Assembly: GCA_029938555.1 (NCBI GenBank)
Contig: JAOZUR010000004.1
Span: 4,757-68,756, forward strand
Length of the DNA stretch: 64,000 nucleotides
From: Candidatus Sabulitectum sp.
Lineage (GTDB): Bacteria; Fermentibacterota; Fermentibacteria; Fermentibacterales; JCC-6
Reading direction: 5' to 3'
Each line of letters starts with the position of its first letter. Position 1 is the first letter of the stretch. Made by a program: the position numbers and the translations under genes. The notes under the pieces were generated by a model that searched no databases, was not told the DNA's origin, and saw nothing but the letters and a program-made list of their open reading frames with translations. Shown in pieces: positions 41,551 to 50,619 of the stretch.

Positions 41551-42998
41551 AAGGATTTGATATGAGCGATCTTTCGTCAAAGATGAATGAACTTTTTGGT
41601 AGGGTTGAGCGTAACAACCTCTGGCGACAGAGAGAATGTATAAACTTAATCCCTAGTGAAAACACCCCAAGTCCACTTGTAAAAATCTGTGAAATGTGCG
41701 ACCCTGCGGGAAGATATGCTGAACACCGCACCATGAAAGGTAAAGAAGTTTACTTCTATCATGGAACTGATTTTATCAAAGACATAGAGATTGAAGCCCA
41801 GGAGGCTTTATGCGAATACTTCGGCTGCTCTGAAGCAGAACTGCGCCCTGTAACCGGGCAGATGTCAAACGAAATCGTTTTTAAAGCTGTTACAAAGTTT
41901 GTTAACAGAAAATCCCCTAAGGGTACATTCAGAAAACTTCACACTGTTATGAACAATGACCTTGGTAAAGGTGGGCATCTTTCAAGTCAGCCAATGGGTG
42001 CTTTGTTTAATTTTGTGGAGATTAACCCAGAAACAGGAAAAGAAAACTGTGTAAACTTTCCTGTATTGGCTGATAATCCATACAAAATTGACGAAGAAAA
42101 AATGATCGAACTTCTAGATCAGCACAAACCTGAACTTGTAGTATTCGGTAAAAGCATGTTCCTGTACCCTGAGCCTGTTAAGAAATTTACAGACCACATA
42201 AAAGACTGGGAAAACAGACCTGTTGTAATGTATGACATGGCTCATGTATTCGGTCTTTATGGTGCTTTTCAAGCCCCATTAGCAGATGGTGCTGATCTTA
42301 TTACAGGTTCAACACACAAGACATTTTTCGGCCCTCAGCGTGGTGCAATCGTAAGCAACATGGCTAAAAAGACCCACTTCAGAAAACTCTGGTTAGATAT
42401 AAAGAGCAGAGCATTCCCAGGTTCAACATCAAATCATCACTTAGCAACACTTCTTGGTCTGCTTGTAGCAACCCATGAAATGAATGCTTTTAAAGATGAG
42501 TATCAGCAAAAAGTTCTTTCAAATGCACGTGCTTTTGCACAGCAGCTTGCTGATAATGGTCTTAAGGTTGAAGGCGATCCAGCTGATGGTTATACCCATA
42601 CACATCAGGTTGTTCTTCGGGTAAGTGATCACGGTGACGGGGCAGCTATTGCAGACAGGCTTCAGGAAAACAACATTATTGTTAATTATCAGGCATTGCC
42701 TGATGATGACACATTCCTCACATCCAGTGGAATCCGTACCGGTGTCAGCGAAATGACAAGATATGGAATGAATGAAGAGGATTTTGGTGAGCTTGCTGAG
42801 TTAATGGCAAGAGTAATTATCAAAAACGAGAATGTAGGATCAGAAGTCACCGCATTCAGACAGAAATTTATGGATATGCGTTATACTCTTCCACTTGATG
42901 AAAGCATCGGCCTTGCTTCAAAAGCTATGGCAAGTTCATTCCCAACAAGTGACTATGTGAAAATGTTTGCTGATAATCTGTCAAACCTGAGCCGGTAA
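41547..42998 (+). CDS. serine hydroxymethyltransferase-family PLP enzyme (long, 483 aa)
   Basis: INLIPSENTPSP resembles the SHMT motif, and STHKTFFGPQRGA resembles the PLP-lysine region. The start may instead be M6 (41562). The 4-nt overlap with the upstream gene applies only to the 41547 start. Confidence 0.75.
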   Translation: MKGFDMSDLSSKMNELFGRVERNNLWRQRECINLIPSENTPSPLVKICEMCDPAGRYAEHRTMKGKEVYFYHGTDFIKDIEIEAQEALCEYFGCSEAELRPVTGQMSNEIVFKAVTKFVNRKSPKGTFRKLHTVMNNDLGKGGHLSSQPMGALFNFVEINPETGKENCVNFPVLADNPYKIDEEKMIELLDQHKPELVVFGKSMFLYPEPVKKFTDHIKDWENRPVVMYDMAHVFGLYGAFQAPLADGADLITGSTHKTFFGPQRGAIVSNMAKKTHFRKLWLDIKSRAFPGSTSNHHLATLLGLLVATHEMNAFKDEYQQKVLSNARAFAQQLADNGLKVEGDPADGYTHTHQVVLRVSDHGDGAAIADRLQENNIIVNYQALPDDDTFLTSSGIRTGVSEMTRYGMNEEDFGELAELMARVIIKNENVGSEVTAFRQKFMDMRYTLPLDESIGLASKAMASSFPTSDYVKMFADNLSNLSR

Positions 42999-43018
42999 AT
43001 ACAGTTACCCATTTGTAT

Positions 43019-43056
43019 CCGCCGATATCAGGTTATTGATATCGGCGGTTTTCTTT
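43019..43056 (+). terminator. rho-independent terminator of the antiporter-EIIA/PII-SHMT operon
   Basis: Stem ccgccgatatca / tgatatcggcgg with loop ggttat, followed by ttttcttt. Confidence 0.75.
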
Positions 43057-43073
43057 ACTGAAAGGATATTACA

Positions 43074-43502
43074 ATGACAACACTACTATTGATTATTCTC
43101 ACAAGTTTTTCTCCTGGAAAAGGCGATACCGGGCTGGGATTAATAGCAGGAAACCCATCTGGTCTTTCTTACAAATATTTTCTCAGTACCACAAAAGCAA
43201 TTGATGTTGCCGCAGCATGGAGTTTTTCAGATGACTGGATGATGGTGCACAGCAATTACCTCTGGCACAATTTCGGTGATATTGAAGTAAGCAAAGGGCA
43301 GCTCCCATGGTATTATGGATTAGGTGGATGGGTAGCCTTTGGTGATAACTTGGTAGCAGGTGGTAGATTTCCAGTAGGTCTTGATTATCTGTTTGCAAAT
43401 AATGATGTTGATATTTTCTTGGAAGTTGCAGCAGGTATCTCTGTTATACCTGACACTGAATTCTATCTTGATGCAGCAATAGGAGCCAGATTCTTTTTCT
43501 AA
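43074..43502 (+). CDS. small secreted protein, possible 8-strand outer-membrane beta-barrel
   Basis: 142 aa with an RBS (aaaggat) upstream. It has an alternating aromatic/Gly pattern and a C-terminal ...GARFFF. Confidence 0.45.
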   Translation: MTTLLLIILTSFSPGKGDTGLGLIAGNPSGLSYKYFLSTTKAIDVAAAWSFSDDWMMVHSNYLWHNFGDIEVSKGQLPWYYGLGGWVAFGDNLVAGGRFPVGLDYLFANNDVDIFLEVAAGISVIPDTEFYLDAAIGARFFF

Positions 43503-43530
43503 CAGAGTTAAAATTCAGGAGAAAATAAGA

Positions 43531-44088
43531 TTATTTCAGCGGAAGCTTTTCATGTTTTTGTAAATGCAGTACTGCTTCTTCAGCTCTTTTTATTCTGGTT
43601 TCAACTTTTTTCCCATCTCCAACCCAAGTCATAAATTGTTTCCTATATGAAGGAGATAATTCAGCGAAAAATATTGAAGCTTCAGTATTATCATCAAGCA
43701 GAGACTCTAACTCAGCAGGCATTCCGACTTGTACCGGTTTTAAGTACCACATTCCATTTTCCCTTGCCGCTTTTATAGATTCAAATCCCGCATCGGTGAT
43801 TTCTCCTGATCTAATCATGGATAGAGCCCTTTCCCTATTCACATCAGACCATCTGCTTATACCTTTTCTTGGTGTAAATTTTCTAGCAAAACTGTCACCA
43901 TCAATGGATTTAACCAGACTGTCAATCCAACCGAAACAAATAGCAATTTCAACAGAAGAATCATATTCAATACAATCTTTTCCAGTATGTTTCTTCCAAA
44001 ACAAAAGCCATATTTCGGTGGCAGTACTGTGATAAAGTTCCAACCATTTTCTCCAGTATTCAGGGGATTCCGCAAAAAATGTCTGCAT
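43531..44088 (-). CDS. YdeI/OmpD-associated family protein (DUF1801-like)
   Basis: WLLFWKKHTGKDCIEYDSSVEIAICFGWIDS is the family signature. Confidence 0.65.
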   Translation of the reverse strand: MQTFFAESPEYWRKWLELYHSTATEIWLLFWKKHTGKDCIEYDSSVEIAICFGWIDSLVKSIDGDSFARKFTPRKGISRWSDVNRERALSMIRSGEITDAGFESIKAARENGMWYLKPVQVGMPAELESLLDDNTEASIFFAELSPSYRKQFMTWVGDGKKVETRIKRAEEAVLHLQKHEKLPLK

Positions 44089-44121
44089 GTGTTATATCCT
44101 TTCTTGAACCATCACAATAAC

Positions 44122-44151
44122 AAAAAGCTCCGGCTTTTGCCAGAGCTTTTT
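44122..44151 (-). terminator. intrinsic terminator downstream of the 44165-45382 gene
   Basis: Stem aaaagctccggc / gccagagctttt (one mismatch) with loop tttt. The flanking A-tract on the plus strand gives a U-tract on the minus strand. Confidence 0.55.
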
Positions 44152-44164
44152 AAGCAAAAATAAA

Positions 44165-45382
44165 TTACCAGAGAAAATTAGTTATTCTTTTTCTAAGAGA
44201 AACCTCTACAGCGGAACGATCCCAATCTGTAGGTCGAACGATTTTTTCTTCAGGAACAACCAAAGAACCCACATAACTTGCATCGTCATAAACTCTACTG
44301 ATTTGTGCAGCTATCTCTGCAATATCTCCTTCAGAAACAATTCCGTTTGAAGTAGCTTTATAGAATTGAACTGTGACTCGAATTGGAAATCTATCATCAC
44401 GAACAATTGGCAAGCCTGCAATTTCTCTAAAAGGACCTTCCAGTTCGCCATGACCAATTACTGCTGATTCAACATCTGAATACTCGCCCTCTTGAATACA
44501 TCCTGATATCATCATGTCGTCACATTCAAACCACAAATTGGCTCTTTCTTTTTGTTTTAAAGGAATCTGAATAAGCATGACCATGTTCAGACCCTCTTCC
44601 CCGGCTGCTTCCATATAATCAGATGTAAGCTCACTAAGATTCTCGGGGTTATCCAAAAAGTCTGATATTCTTGAACCGGTTAAACTGGCTCGTTCACCAT
44701 CCTCATTGAAATACAATCTCTGACCCCATGAATAATAATCAGCATTATACTCTGAACTGTTATCAATAATGGTAGCACTAGTGCCCTCTCTAGTTGCAAG
44801 AATTGCAAGTACTGCTGGACTTCCCTCGTAACTCTGATAATTATAAAGAACCGGATTAAATGTGGCAATTCCATCGTCTTCAATTGGCAGAAAAACAGCC
44901 TGGGCACTGACAAGAACAACACTGTCTCTTTCAGCAAGAAGGCTATTCACCCTACCACCCCAACTATTTCCATCGTGAAGATAGTCTCTGATGTTGTCTA
45001 CATAATCAGTCAAGCTAACGGATTCCAGATCATTTCCACTTTCATTTCCTGTGAGAAGAAAAAAGTCATCTGGATTCATATCAGCAGTGATATCATGAAA
45101 ATTTGGAAATCGAATCACCGGCATACAGGTAAGCATCTCGGAATCTCTGGGACCATGATGAACCTGAATTGTCATATCCGAAATGTTAGGTCCCCAGCAA
45201 GAGCCTTCGTATCGACCGGTATCCTCCCATGTGATATTTACAATATCAAGGCCATATTGGGATGCTATATTTATGGTTTTGTTATTCCAAACCATGGCTG
45301 CTGTATTACTCACAGCTGATTCAAATGATTCAGATGCCAAAAGTACTGCGGTCATTAAAAATATCACTACTGTTGCTTTCAT
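44165..45382 (-). CDS. hypothetical secreted protein (405 aa)
   Basis: Signal peptide MKATVVIFLMTAVLLASESF. No recognisable domain. Confidence 0.6.
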   Translation of the reverse strand: MKATVVIFLMTAVLLASESFESAVSNTAAMVWNNKTINIASQYGLDIVNITWEDTGRYEGSCWGPNISDMTIQVHHGPRDSEMLTCMPVIRFPNFHDITADMNPDDFFLLTGNESGNDLESVSLTDYVDNIRDYLHDGNSWGGRVNSLLAERDSVVLVSAQAVFLPIEDDGIATFNPVLYNYQSYEGSPAVLAILATREGTSATIIDNSSEYNADYYSWGQRLYFNEDGERASLTGSRISDFLDNPENLSELTSDYMEAAGEEGLNMVMLIQIPLKQKERANLWFECDDMMISGCIQEGEYSDVESAVIGHGELEGPFREIAGLPIVRDDRFPIRVTVQFYKATSNGIVSEGDIAEIAAQISRVYDDASYVGSLVVPEEKIVRPTDWDRSAVEVSLRKRITNFLW

Positions 45383-45450
45383 CGCTGCTCCTTTGTTGAG
45401 TGTTCAGCGATGATACTAAGTCCTTGAAAATTCTATTCCATTAATACAAA

Positions 45451-46338
45451 TTAATCTGGTTTACACACTTTATTTCTACCGGTTTCTTTAGCTTTATACA
45501 TGGCTGAATCAGCAGCTGAAACAAGTTGATCTAAAGAATCTTTTCCAGAAGAATCTGCAACTCCAAAACTGGAAGTCACTGAGAAATTCACCTTTTTAGC
45601 TTTGAATACAATTTTTTCTATCTCATGTCGATACCTGTCTGCAGCTACAAATGCTTCCTCTACTGTGGAATTAACCATAATGATGCCGAATTCCTCTCCA
45701 CCGTAACGACCAACAACATCACCACTACGGATAGATTTATTAAGTATATATGCCACTTTTTCAAGCACATCATCACCTACAGGATGGCCATAAGTATCAT
45801 TAACATTTTTAAATTTGTCTATATCTGTCATTATGAATGAAAAAACTGTTTTACTTCTGAGTGAACGATCCCATTCCTGCTGAAGCCGTTCCATCAATAC
45901 TCTTCTGTTGTAAATTTCAGTAAGCGAATCAACTTCACCATACATTAAAAGAAGATCTTGAAGGCGTTTGGTTCTAAGAGCGGCTCTAACACGAGCCTTT
46001 AGTTCAAAAATATCAAAAGGTTTTGTAACATAATCCACAGCACCTAAATCAAGACCTTTAACTTTCTCGCGAACATTATCTGCAGCAGACAAAAAAATCA
46101 CCGGTATGTTGCTTAAATCAGGATCAGCTTTCAGTTCTTCACATACTTCAAAACCAGTCTTGCCTGGCATCTGTACATCAAGAAGAATAAGATCAGGGCT
46201 AGATTCACGAGCTTTTGTCAGACCCGATTCACCATCTGATGCTGTTTCAATAATGTAACCATCTTTTTTTAATCTGATTCTTGCAATTGCAAGAGAATCC
46301 ACATCGTCATCAACGATGAGTACCTTCATTGATTTCAA
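45451..46338 (-). CDS. response regulator with GGDEF diguanylate cyclase output (PleD-like)
   Basis: Receiver domain (VLIVDDD...D) followed by RYGGEEF (GGEEF active site). Confidence 0.9.
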   Translation of the reverse strand: MKSMKVLIVDDDVDSLAIARIRLKKDGYIIETASDGESGLTKARESSPDLILLDVQMPGKTGFEVCEELKADPDLSNIPVIFLSAADNVREKVKGLDLGAVDYVTKPFDIFELKARVRAALRTKRLQDLLLMYGEVDSLTEIYNRRVLMERLQQEWDRSLRSKTVFSFIMTDIDKFKNVNDTYGHPVGDDVLEKVAYILNKSIRSGDVVGRYGGEEFGIIMVNSTVEEAFVAADRYRHEIEKIVFKAKKVNFSVTSSFGVADSSGKDSLDQLVSAADSAMYKAKETGRNKVCKPD

Positions 46339-46489
46339 ATAAACCTCCCTCTGTTAGCTATTAAACCATACCTAAACTTAAGGTAATTGTAAAGGCATCA
46401 TTAATCAACTCAATGAACAGTAACGACTCAGTACTGGGAATATCGCGGAGAATACATCATTCCCATGAGTTACCACACGCTTCTAGGAA

Positions 46490-47281
46490 TCAAGAAGTGA
46501 AAAGCGTGACAAAATAGACAATCGAGGAAAATAGAATAATCACAGGACCTGAGGGTAAGTCAAGCCACCATGACAACAAAAGACCGGTTACACTGAACAA
46601 AAAACTCAGAAGAGTTGCAAGCAACATCATTTTTAACAAAGAACTGCTAAATTTTTCTGCGATAGCAGCAGGAATAGTTAGAAGAGCGATAACCATGATA
46701 AGTCCAGTAACTTTCATAAGTACAATTGTTGTAAGGGCCGCCATTACCAGAAAGAGACCCCGTATGAACCAGACTGGCATCCCCTGTATTCGAGTAAACT
46801 CAAGATCATATGATATTCCCACAAATTCCTTATACAGAAACACCACAGAGCCAATAACAACCAGATCCAGCCCTGCAGTAAGAATGATATCAGCCTGAGA
46901 TACTGACATAAGACTTCCAAAAAGCCAACTCATTAAATCTGCGTTGTATGTTCCAGATAGTTTAATAAACACAAGCCCCGCAGCCATTCCTGTTGCCCAC
47001 AAAGCAGCCATTGCTGTGTCTGATCCAAGTTTACTTCGGTCAGAAAGAGCACCTATTCCAAGGGCAGATCCAACTGCGAACACTGTGGCACCAACCATTG
47101 GGTGAACTCCCACCATATATGCAAGACCAAGACCGCCAAAAGAAGCGTGAGCTATACTTCCTGTAAAAGATGACATCCTGTTAACAGTGATAAGACTACC
47201 AACTATACCGCAAGATATGGAAGCAAGAACCGTTAAAATAAAAGCATTCTGCATAAAAGTGTAACTAAACATCTCAGCCAT
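46490..47281 (-). CDS. znuB: zinc/metal ABC transporter permease (ABC-3 family)
   Basis: MAEMFSYTFMQNAFILTVL... with eight TM segments. It lies downstream of znuC. Confidence 0.8.
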   Translation of the reverse strand: MAEMFSYTFMQNAFILTVLASISCGIVGSLITVNRMSSFTGSIAHASFGGLGLAYMVGVHPMVGATVFAVGSALGIGALSDRSKLGSDTAMAALWATGMAAGLVFIKLSGTYNADLMSWLFGSLMSVSQADIILTAGLDLVVIGSVVFLYKEFVGISYDLEFTRIQGMPVWFIRGLFLVMAALTTIVLMKVTGLIMVIALLTIPAAIAEKFSSSLLKMMLLATLLSFLFSVTGLLLSWWLDLPSGPVIILFSSIVYFVTLFTS

Positions 47282-48035
47282 GGTTTGTGTCCTCTCTGGC
47301 TCCAATAACCCTGTGAGCAACCCCGTGAGTGATCAGTTCAAATGGGCATCCATAAGCTTGTTCTACATGTTTCTCTGTTATGGTTTCTCCATGGTTCACC
47401 AGATGTTTATTGATGCAAGCTATGCTTTTTACATGAGATGACACTGCGCCAACATCGTGTGTTACAAGCACTATTGCCATTTTAATATTCAAGGTAGAAA
47501 GCAAGTTATAAAAACTTTGCTGAGTCTCTGAGTCGACGCTTGCAACAGGCTCGTCCAGAAGCAACAGTTCAGGTTGCCCTGCAAGAGCTCTTGCAATCAA
47601 AACTCTCTGTTTCTGACCACCGGATAACTGATCTATCCTCTTGCCTGCTAAATGGGATACACCCAGTTTTTCCAAATTATCTACTGCAATATCTCGATCC
47701 GAAGCAGTATACTTTTTGAAAAGTTTAGACGAACCTAATCGACCCATAAGTACCACTTCTAAAACAGAAATAGGAAATGTTCTTGAAGGTATAACTTGAG
47801 GTACATACCCTATCTTTTTTCTTGAATGAGCGGGTTTTTCACCAAACACCATAACCTGCCCATGAAAGGGTTTCAGAAGCCCAAGAACAACTTTCAATAA
47901 AGTGGTTTTCCCTCCTCCATTTGGTCCGATGATTGCCATAAAATCATTCTTCTTTACTGATAGATTAACATTCTCAATGGCAGGATGATCACGATTATAC
48001 CCAGCAGTAATATTTGTGAGTTGAATTAAATCCAT
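47274..48035 (-). CDS. znuC: zinc/metal ABC transporter ATP-binding protein
   Basis: GPNGGGKTT Walker A, LSGGQKQR signature and LLLDEP Walker B. The preferred start is MDLIQL. Confidence 0.8.
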   Translation of the reverse strand: MDLIQLTNITAGYNRDHPAIENVNLSVKKNDFMAIIGPNGGGKTTLLKVVLGLLKPFHGQVMVFGEKPAHSRKKIGYVPQVIPSRTFPISVLEVVLMGRLGSSKLFKKYTASDRDIAVDNLEKLGVSHLAGKRIDQLSGGQKQRVLIARALAGQPELLLLDEPVASVDSETQQSFYNLLSTLNIKMAIVLVTHDVGAVSSHVKSIACINKHLVNHGETITEKHVEQAYGCPFELITHGVAHRVIGAREDTNHG

Positions 48036-48039
48036 CAAG

Positions 48040-48933
48040 TTACTCCAGTGCTGAGGCCATCTGATCTGCAACAAATGCCAGATTTTCTGCCCAGTTTTGT
48101 GCCAGAGGATCTATAAAAACAACAGAAGCATTCAACTCATCTGCAATTGTTTCCGCAGAAGATTCACTAAACTGAGGTGAAACAAATACTACTTTTATAA
48201 AAGAACTTTTTCCATAGTCGATCAACTGAGCAAGTTCAGAAGGAGAAGGTTCACTACCAGAAATCTCAATGGGAACCTGAATCAAATCGAATTCATCTGC
48301 AAAATAACCCCAGGCTGGGTGAAACACCAAAAAACTTTCCCCATGAAAAGAATCAATTGAAGAATGAATACTATCCTGTAGATTACTTATTTCTTCTAGA
48401 AAAAGAATCAGGTTTTCAGAATAAATATCACTGTTAACTGGATCTAGTTCAATAAGATTTTCACAAATAACCTGGGACTGAAGGTTAACCATTTCAGGCG
48501 AAAGCCAGACATGAGGATCAATTCCGCCGTGGTTGTGGCCAGAATTATCGTGCTCTGTATGCCCTCCTGGAATGCTATACCTTCCAATGGGCAACCTATT
48601 AACATTATCAATTGTACTTACAATTTGAAGCAAGGGATTCAATGAAGAAAATTCAGGTATCCATGTAGTTTCACGCTGCAATCCAATGGTAAACCAAACA
48701 TCAGCTCGATTTATAGACCTCATGTCTGAAGGTGATACCTCATAAGTGGTTGGGCTTGCACCAGGAGGTATAAGTACTGTTACTTCAACTAGATCGCCTG
48801 CAATTTTTTCAACAAAATACTTCTGCGGAACTACACTAACCAATACGGAAAGCCTTCCTTCATTTGTCTGCCCGCCCTGATCTGAACAAGCTAAAAACAC
48901 AAGAATAAGAATTGTTACTATAAGTTTTTGCAT
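48040..48933 (-). CDS. znuA: periplasmic metal-binding lipoprotein, ZnuA/TroA family, with His-rich loop
   Basis: Lipobox LACSDQ. The His-rich segment GGHTEHDNSGHNHGGIDPH is typical of Zn-specific ZnuA. Confidence 0.8.
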   Translation of the reverse strand: MQKLIVTILILVFLACSDQGGQTNEGRLSVLVSVVPQKYFVEKIAGDLVEVTVLIPPGASPTTYEVSPSDMRSINRADVWFTIGLQRETTWIPEFSSLNPLLQIVSTIDNVNRLPIGRYSIPGGHTEHDNSGHNHGGIDPHVWLSPEMVNLQSQVICENLIELDPVNSDIYSENLILFLEEISNLQDSIHSSIDSFHGESFLVFHPAWGYFADEFDLIQVPIEISGSEPSPSELAQLIDYGKSSFIKVVFVSPQFSESSAETIADELNASVVFIDPLAQNWAENLAFVADQMASALE

Positions 48934-49337
48934 TTAAGACATTTCCCCTCAAGAAGAAAACCAACAGATTTCACACTCACTCCGTACTCCTTCTGGATGG
49001 CGTGAAGAAAATCATCGGGCAATTTCCTTTTTACTGCAATTGTTCCACCGCATGTCACACAATTAAAATGACCATGGTCAGGGTAAAAAGCACTTGTACA
49101 TCTGTACTGAACCACCCCTTCAGGCCCTACACTATGCCTTAAAAAACCTTTAAGCACAAGTGAATTCATAGCTCTGTAAACAGTTGATGTATCAGGAGTA
49201 GAACCGAGACCAGTCAAAATTTCCTTTACTGAAAGCCCACAGGCACCTTCCAGAAAAAGATCAATAATCTCAATCTTGAGCTTTGTCATCCGCAGACCGG
49301 ATTGTCTGAGGAAATTGTAAACATCTTCTCTTTTCAA
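48918..49337 (-). CDS. zur: Fur-family transcriptional regulator, probable Zur
   Basis: Fur fold with a C-terminal metal-site CxxC...CxxC (CVTCGG...CLKCKN). It is the first gene of the znu operon. It has a TTG start with an AGGAG RBS. Confidence 0.8.
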   Translation of the reverse strand: MKREDVYNFLRQSGLRMTKLKIEIIDLFLEGACGLSVKEILTGLGSTPDTSTVYRAMNSLVLKGFLRHSVGPEGVVQYRCTSAFYPDHGHFNCVTCGGTIAVKRKLPDDFLHAIQKEYGVSVKSVGFLLEGKCLKCKNL

Positions 49338-49348
49338 TTTGCCACTCC

Positions 49349-49371
49349 TTATTGCAACTCAGTTGCAATAA
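49349..49371. promoter_or_regulatory. candidate Zur/Fur box: 23-bp palindrome abutting the zur RBS
   Basis: ttattgcaac tca gttgcaataa, with 10-bp perfect arms. It is followed by gataat. Confidence 0.55.
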
Positions 49372-49428
49372 GATAATACAAAAATCATTCTGTTACAAGT
49401 GTTATTAATGAAATACAGTGTACTGGTG

Positions 49429-50544
49429 CTAATCAACCAGTTCCATGATGTATACCTTATGAAAATCTGAGCTTCTGTTATCAATAGCGATAAAGCCGTA
49501 AGAATTAACAATCAAATTTTGACATACTGAATCAGGCAGAGCTACATCAACCACGGCAATTCTGTTTCCCTCTGTATCGGAAATGTCCCATATATTCCCA
49601 GGAAAACCGCCTCTTCTGGACCATAAACGGCCTTCAGGATCAATGGCAAGGGCACTGATTATAGGATGATCTTCCGGCAAGTTTGTGGTTTTCCTCATGG
49701 ATAAACCATTCTCGCCTGTTGTCATCACCGTAAAAGTCTCTATTCCTGGAATTACAGCTGTTTCTTCTTCTGACTCTGGTAAAATTACAGGTACCCGCTG
49801 GGTGACATCTGTTCTTTCAAGAGTCTTCAGTAATTCACCTTCTCTTGAGTAAACCTCAACAGACCAGTGTTGACTGTTCACCCTTGACAGATACAGATTA
49901 CCATTACCCCCAGCCAGCATCACATAACCGGGAATAAAATCTGAAGATTCTTCCATGGTTCTCTCATGAAATAAAATATCTGCAATAGGCTCTGCTGTAT
50001 CAGTATCTACAATTTGAACAGAATAAGAAACTTCCAGAGTATTCCATTTTACACCCATTGTATAGAATGCAGCCGTAGAATCATCAAGGAATACAACGTC
50101 CTTAAGCATGTTTTCAACCAGATCTCTTTTATCAATAAACTCACCTGTAAGCGAATACGTAAGCCAGTCACCAGTTACATTCTCACGGATGGCGATAAAC
50201 TCACTTCCAGGAAACCATAATACATAAGTGGGAGCATGTTGAAATTCTCCAGGGCCAGAGCCTGGTCTGCCAATATACCTTACGAACTGCCCTCTTGAAT
50301 CAAAAACGGAAACACATTTCTTAAGATTATCTACCACAACAAATTCCCCAGATGGCAGAAAAGTTGCATCAAATATGTTACCAAACATTTCTGTTGAATC
50401 CCCCAGTAGAACCCCAATGGTGTCCACTGGAATTAACCTTAATGAGTCTACTTCACTAACCGGAGTTATATCAACATCTATACTGCAACCAGTTATTGAA
50501 ACAAAAAGGGAAAAAACTAGTATTCCTGTTTTGATTTTCCTCAT
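49429..50544 (-). CDS. lipoprotein with predicted six-bladed beta-propeller (NHL-repeat-like)
   Basis: Lipobox SITGCS. Repeated ...GxGxGEF.P... blades. Confidence 0.55.
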   Translation of the reverse strand: MRKIKTGILVFSLFVSITGCSIDVDITPVSEVDSLRLIPVDTIGVLLGDSTEMFGNIFDATFLPSGEFVVVDNLKKCVSVFDSRGQFVRYIGRPGSGPGEFQHAPTYVLWFPGSEFIAIRENVTGDWLTYSLTGEFIDKRDLVENMLKDVVFLDDSTAAFYTMGVKWNTLEVSYSVQIVDTDTAEPIADILFHERTMEESSDFIPGYVMLAGGNGNLYLSRVNSQHWSVEVYSREGELLKTLERTDVTQRVPVILPESEEETAVIPGIETFTVMTTGENGLSMRKTTNLPEDHPIISALAIDPEGRLWSRRGGFPGNIWDISDTEGNRIAVVDVALPDSVCQNLIVNSYGFIAIDNRSSDFHKVYIMELVD

Positions 50545-50619
50545 ATTAATTACTCACTTTAATAATATTACTTACAAAAATGGGACATGCAGCACATGCC
50601 CCATAGATATTTATTACTT

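Noticed and set aside
50550-50605. Possible terminator atggg-acatgcagcacatg-cccat downstream of the 50620 gene
   Set aside because: Only a 5-bp clean stem with an irregular interior. Too weak to call.
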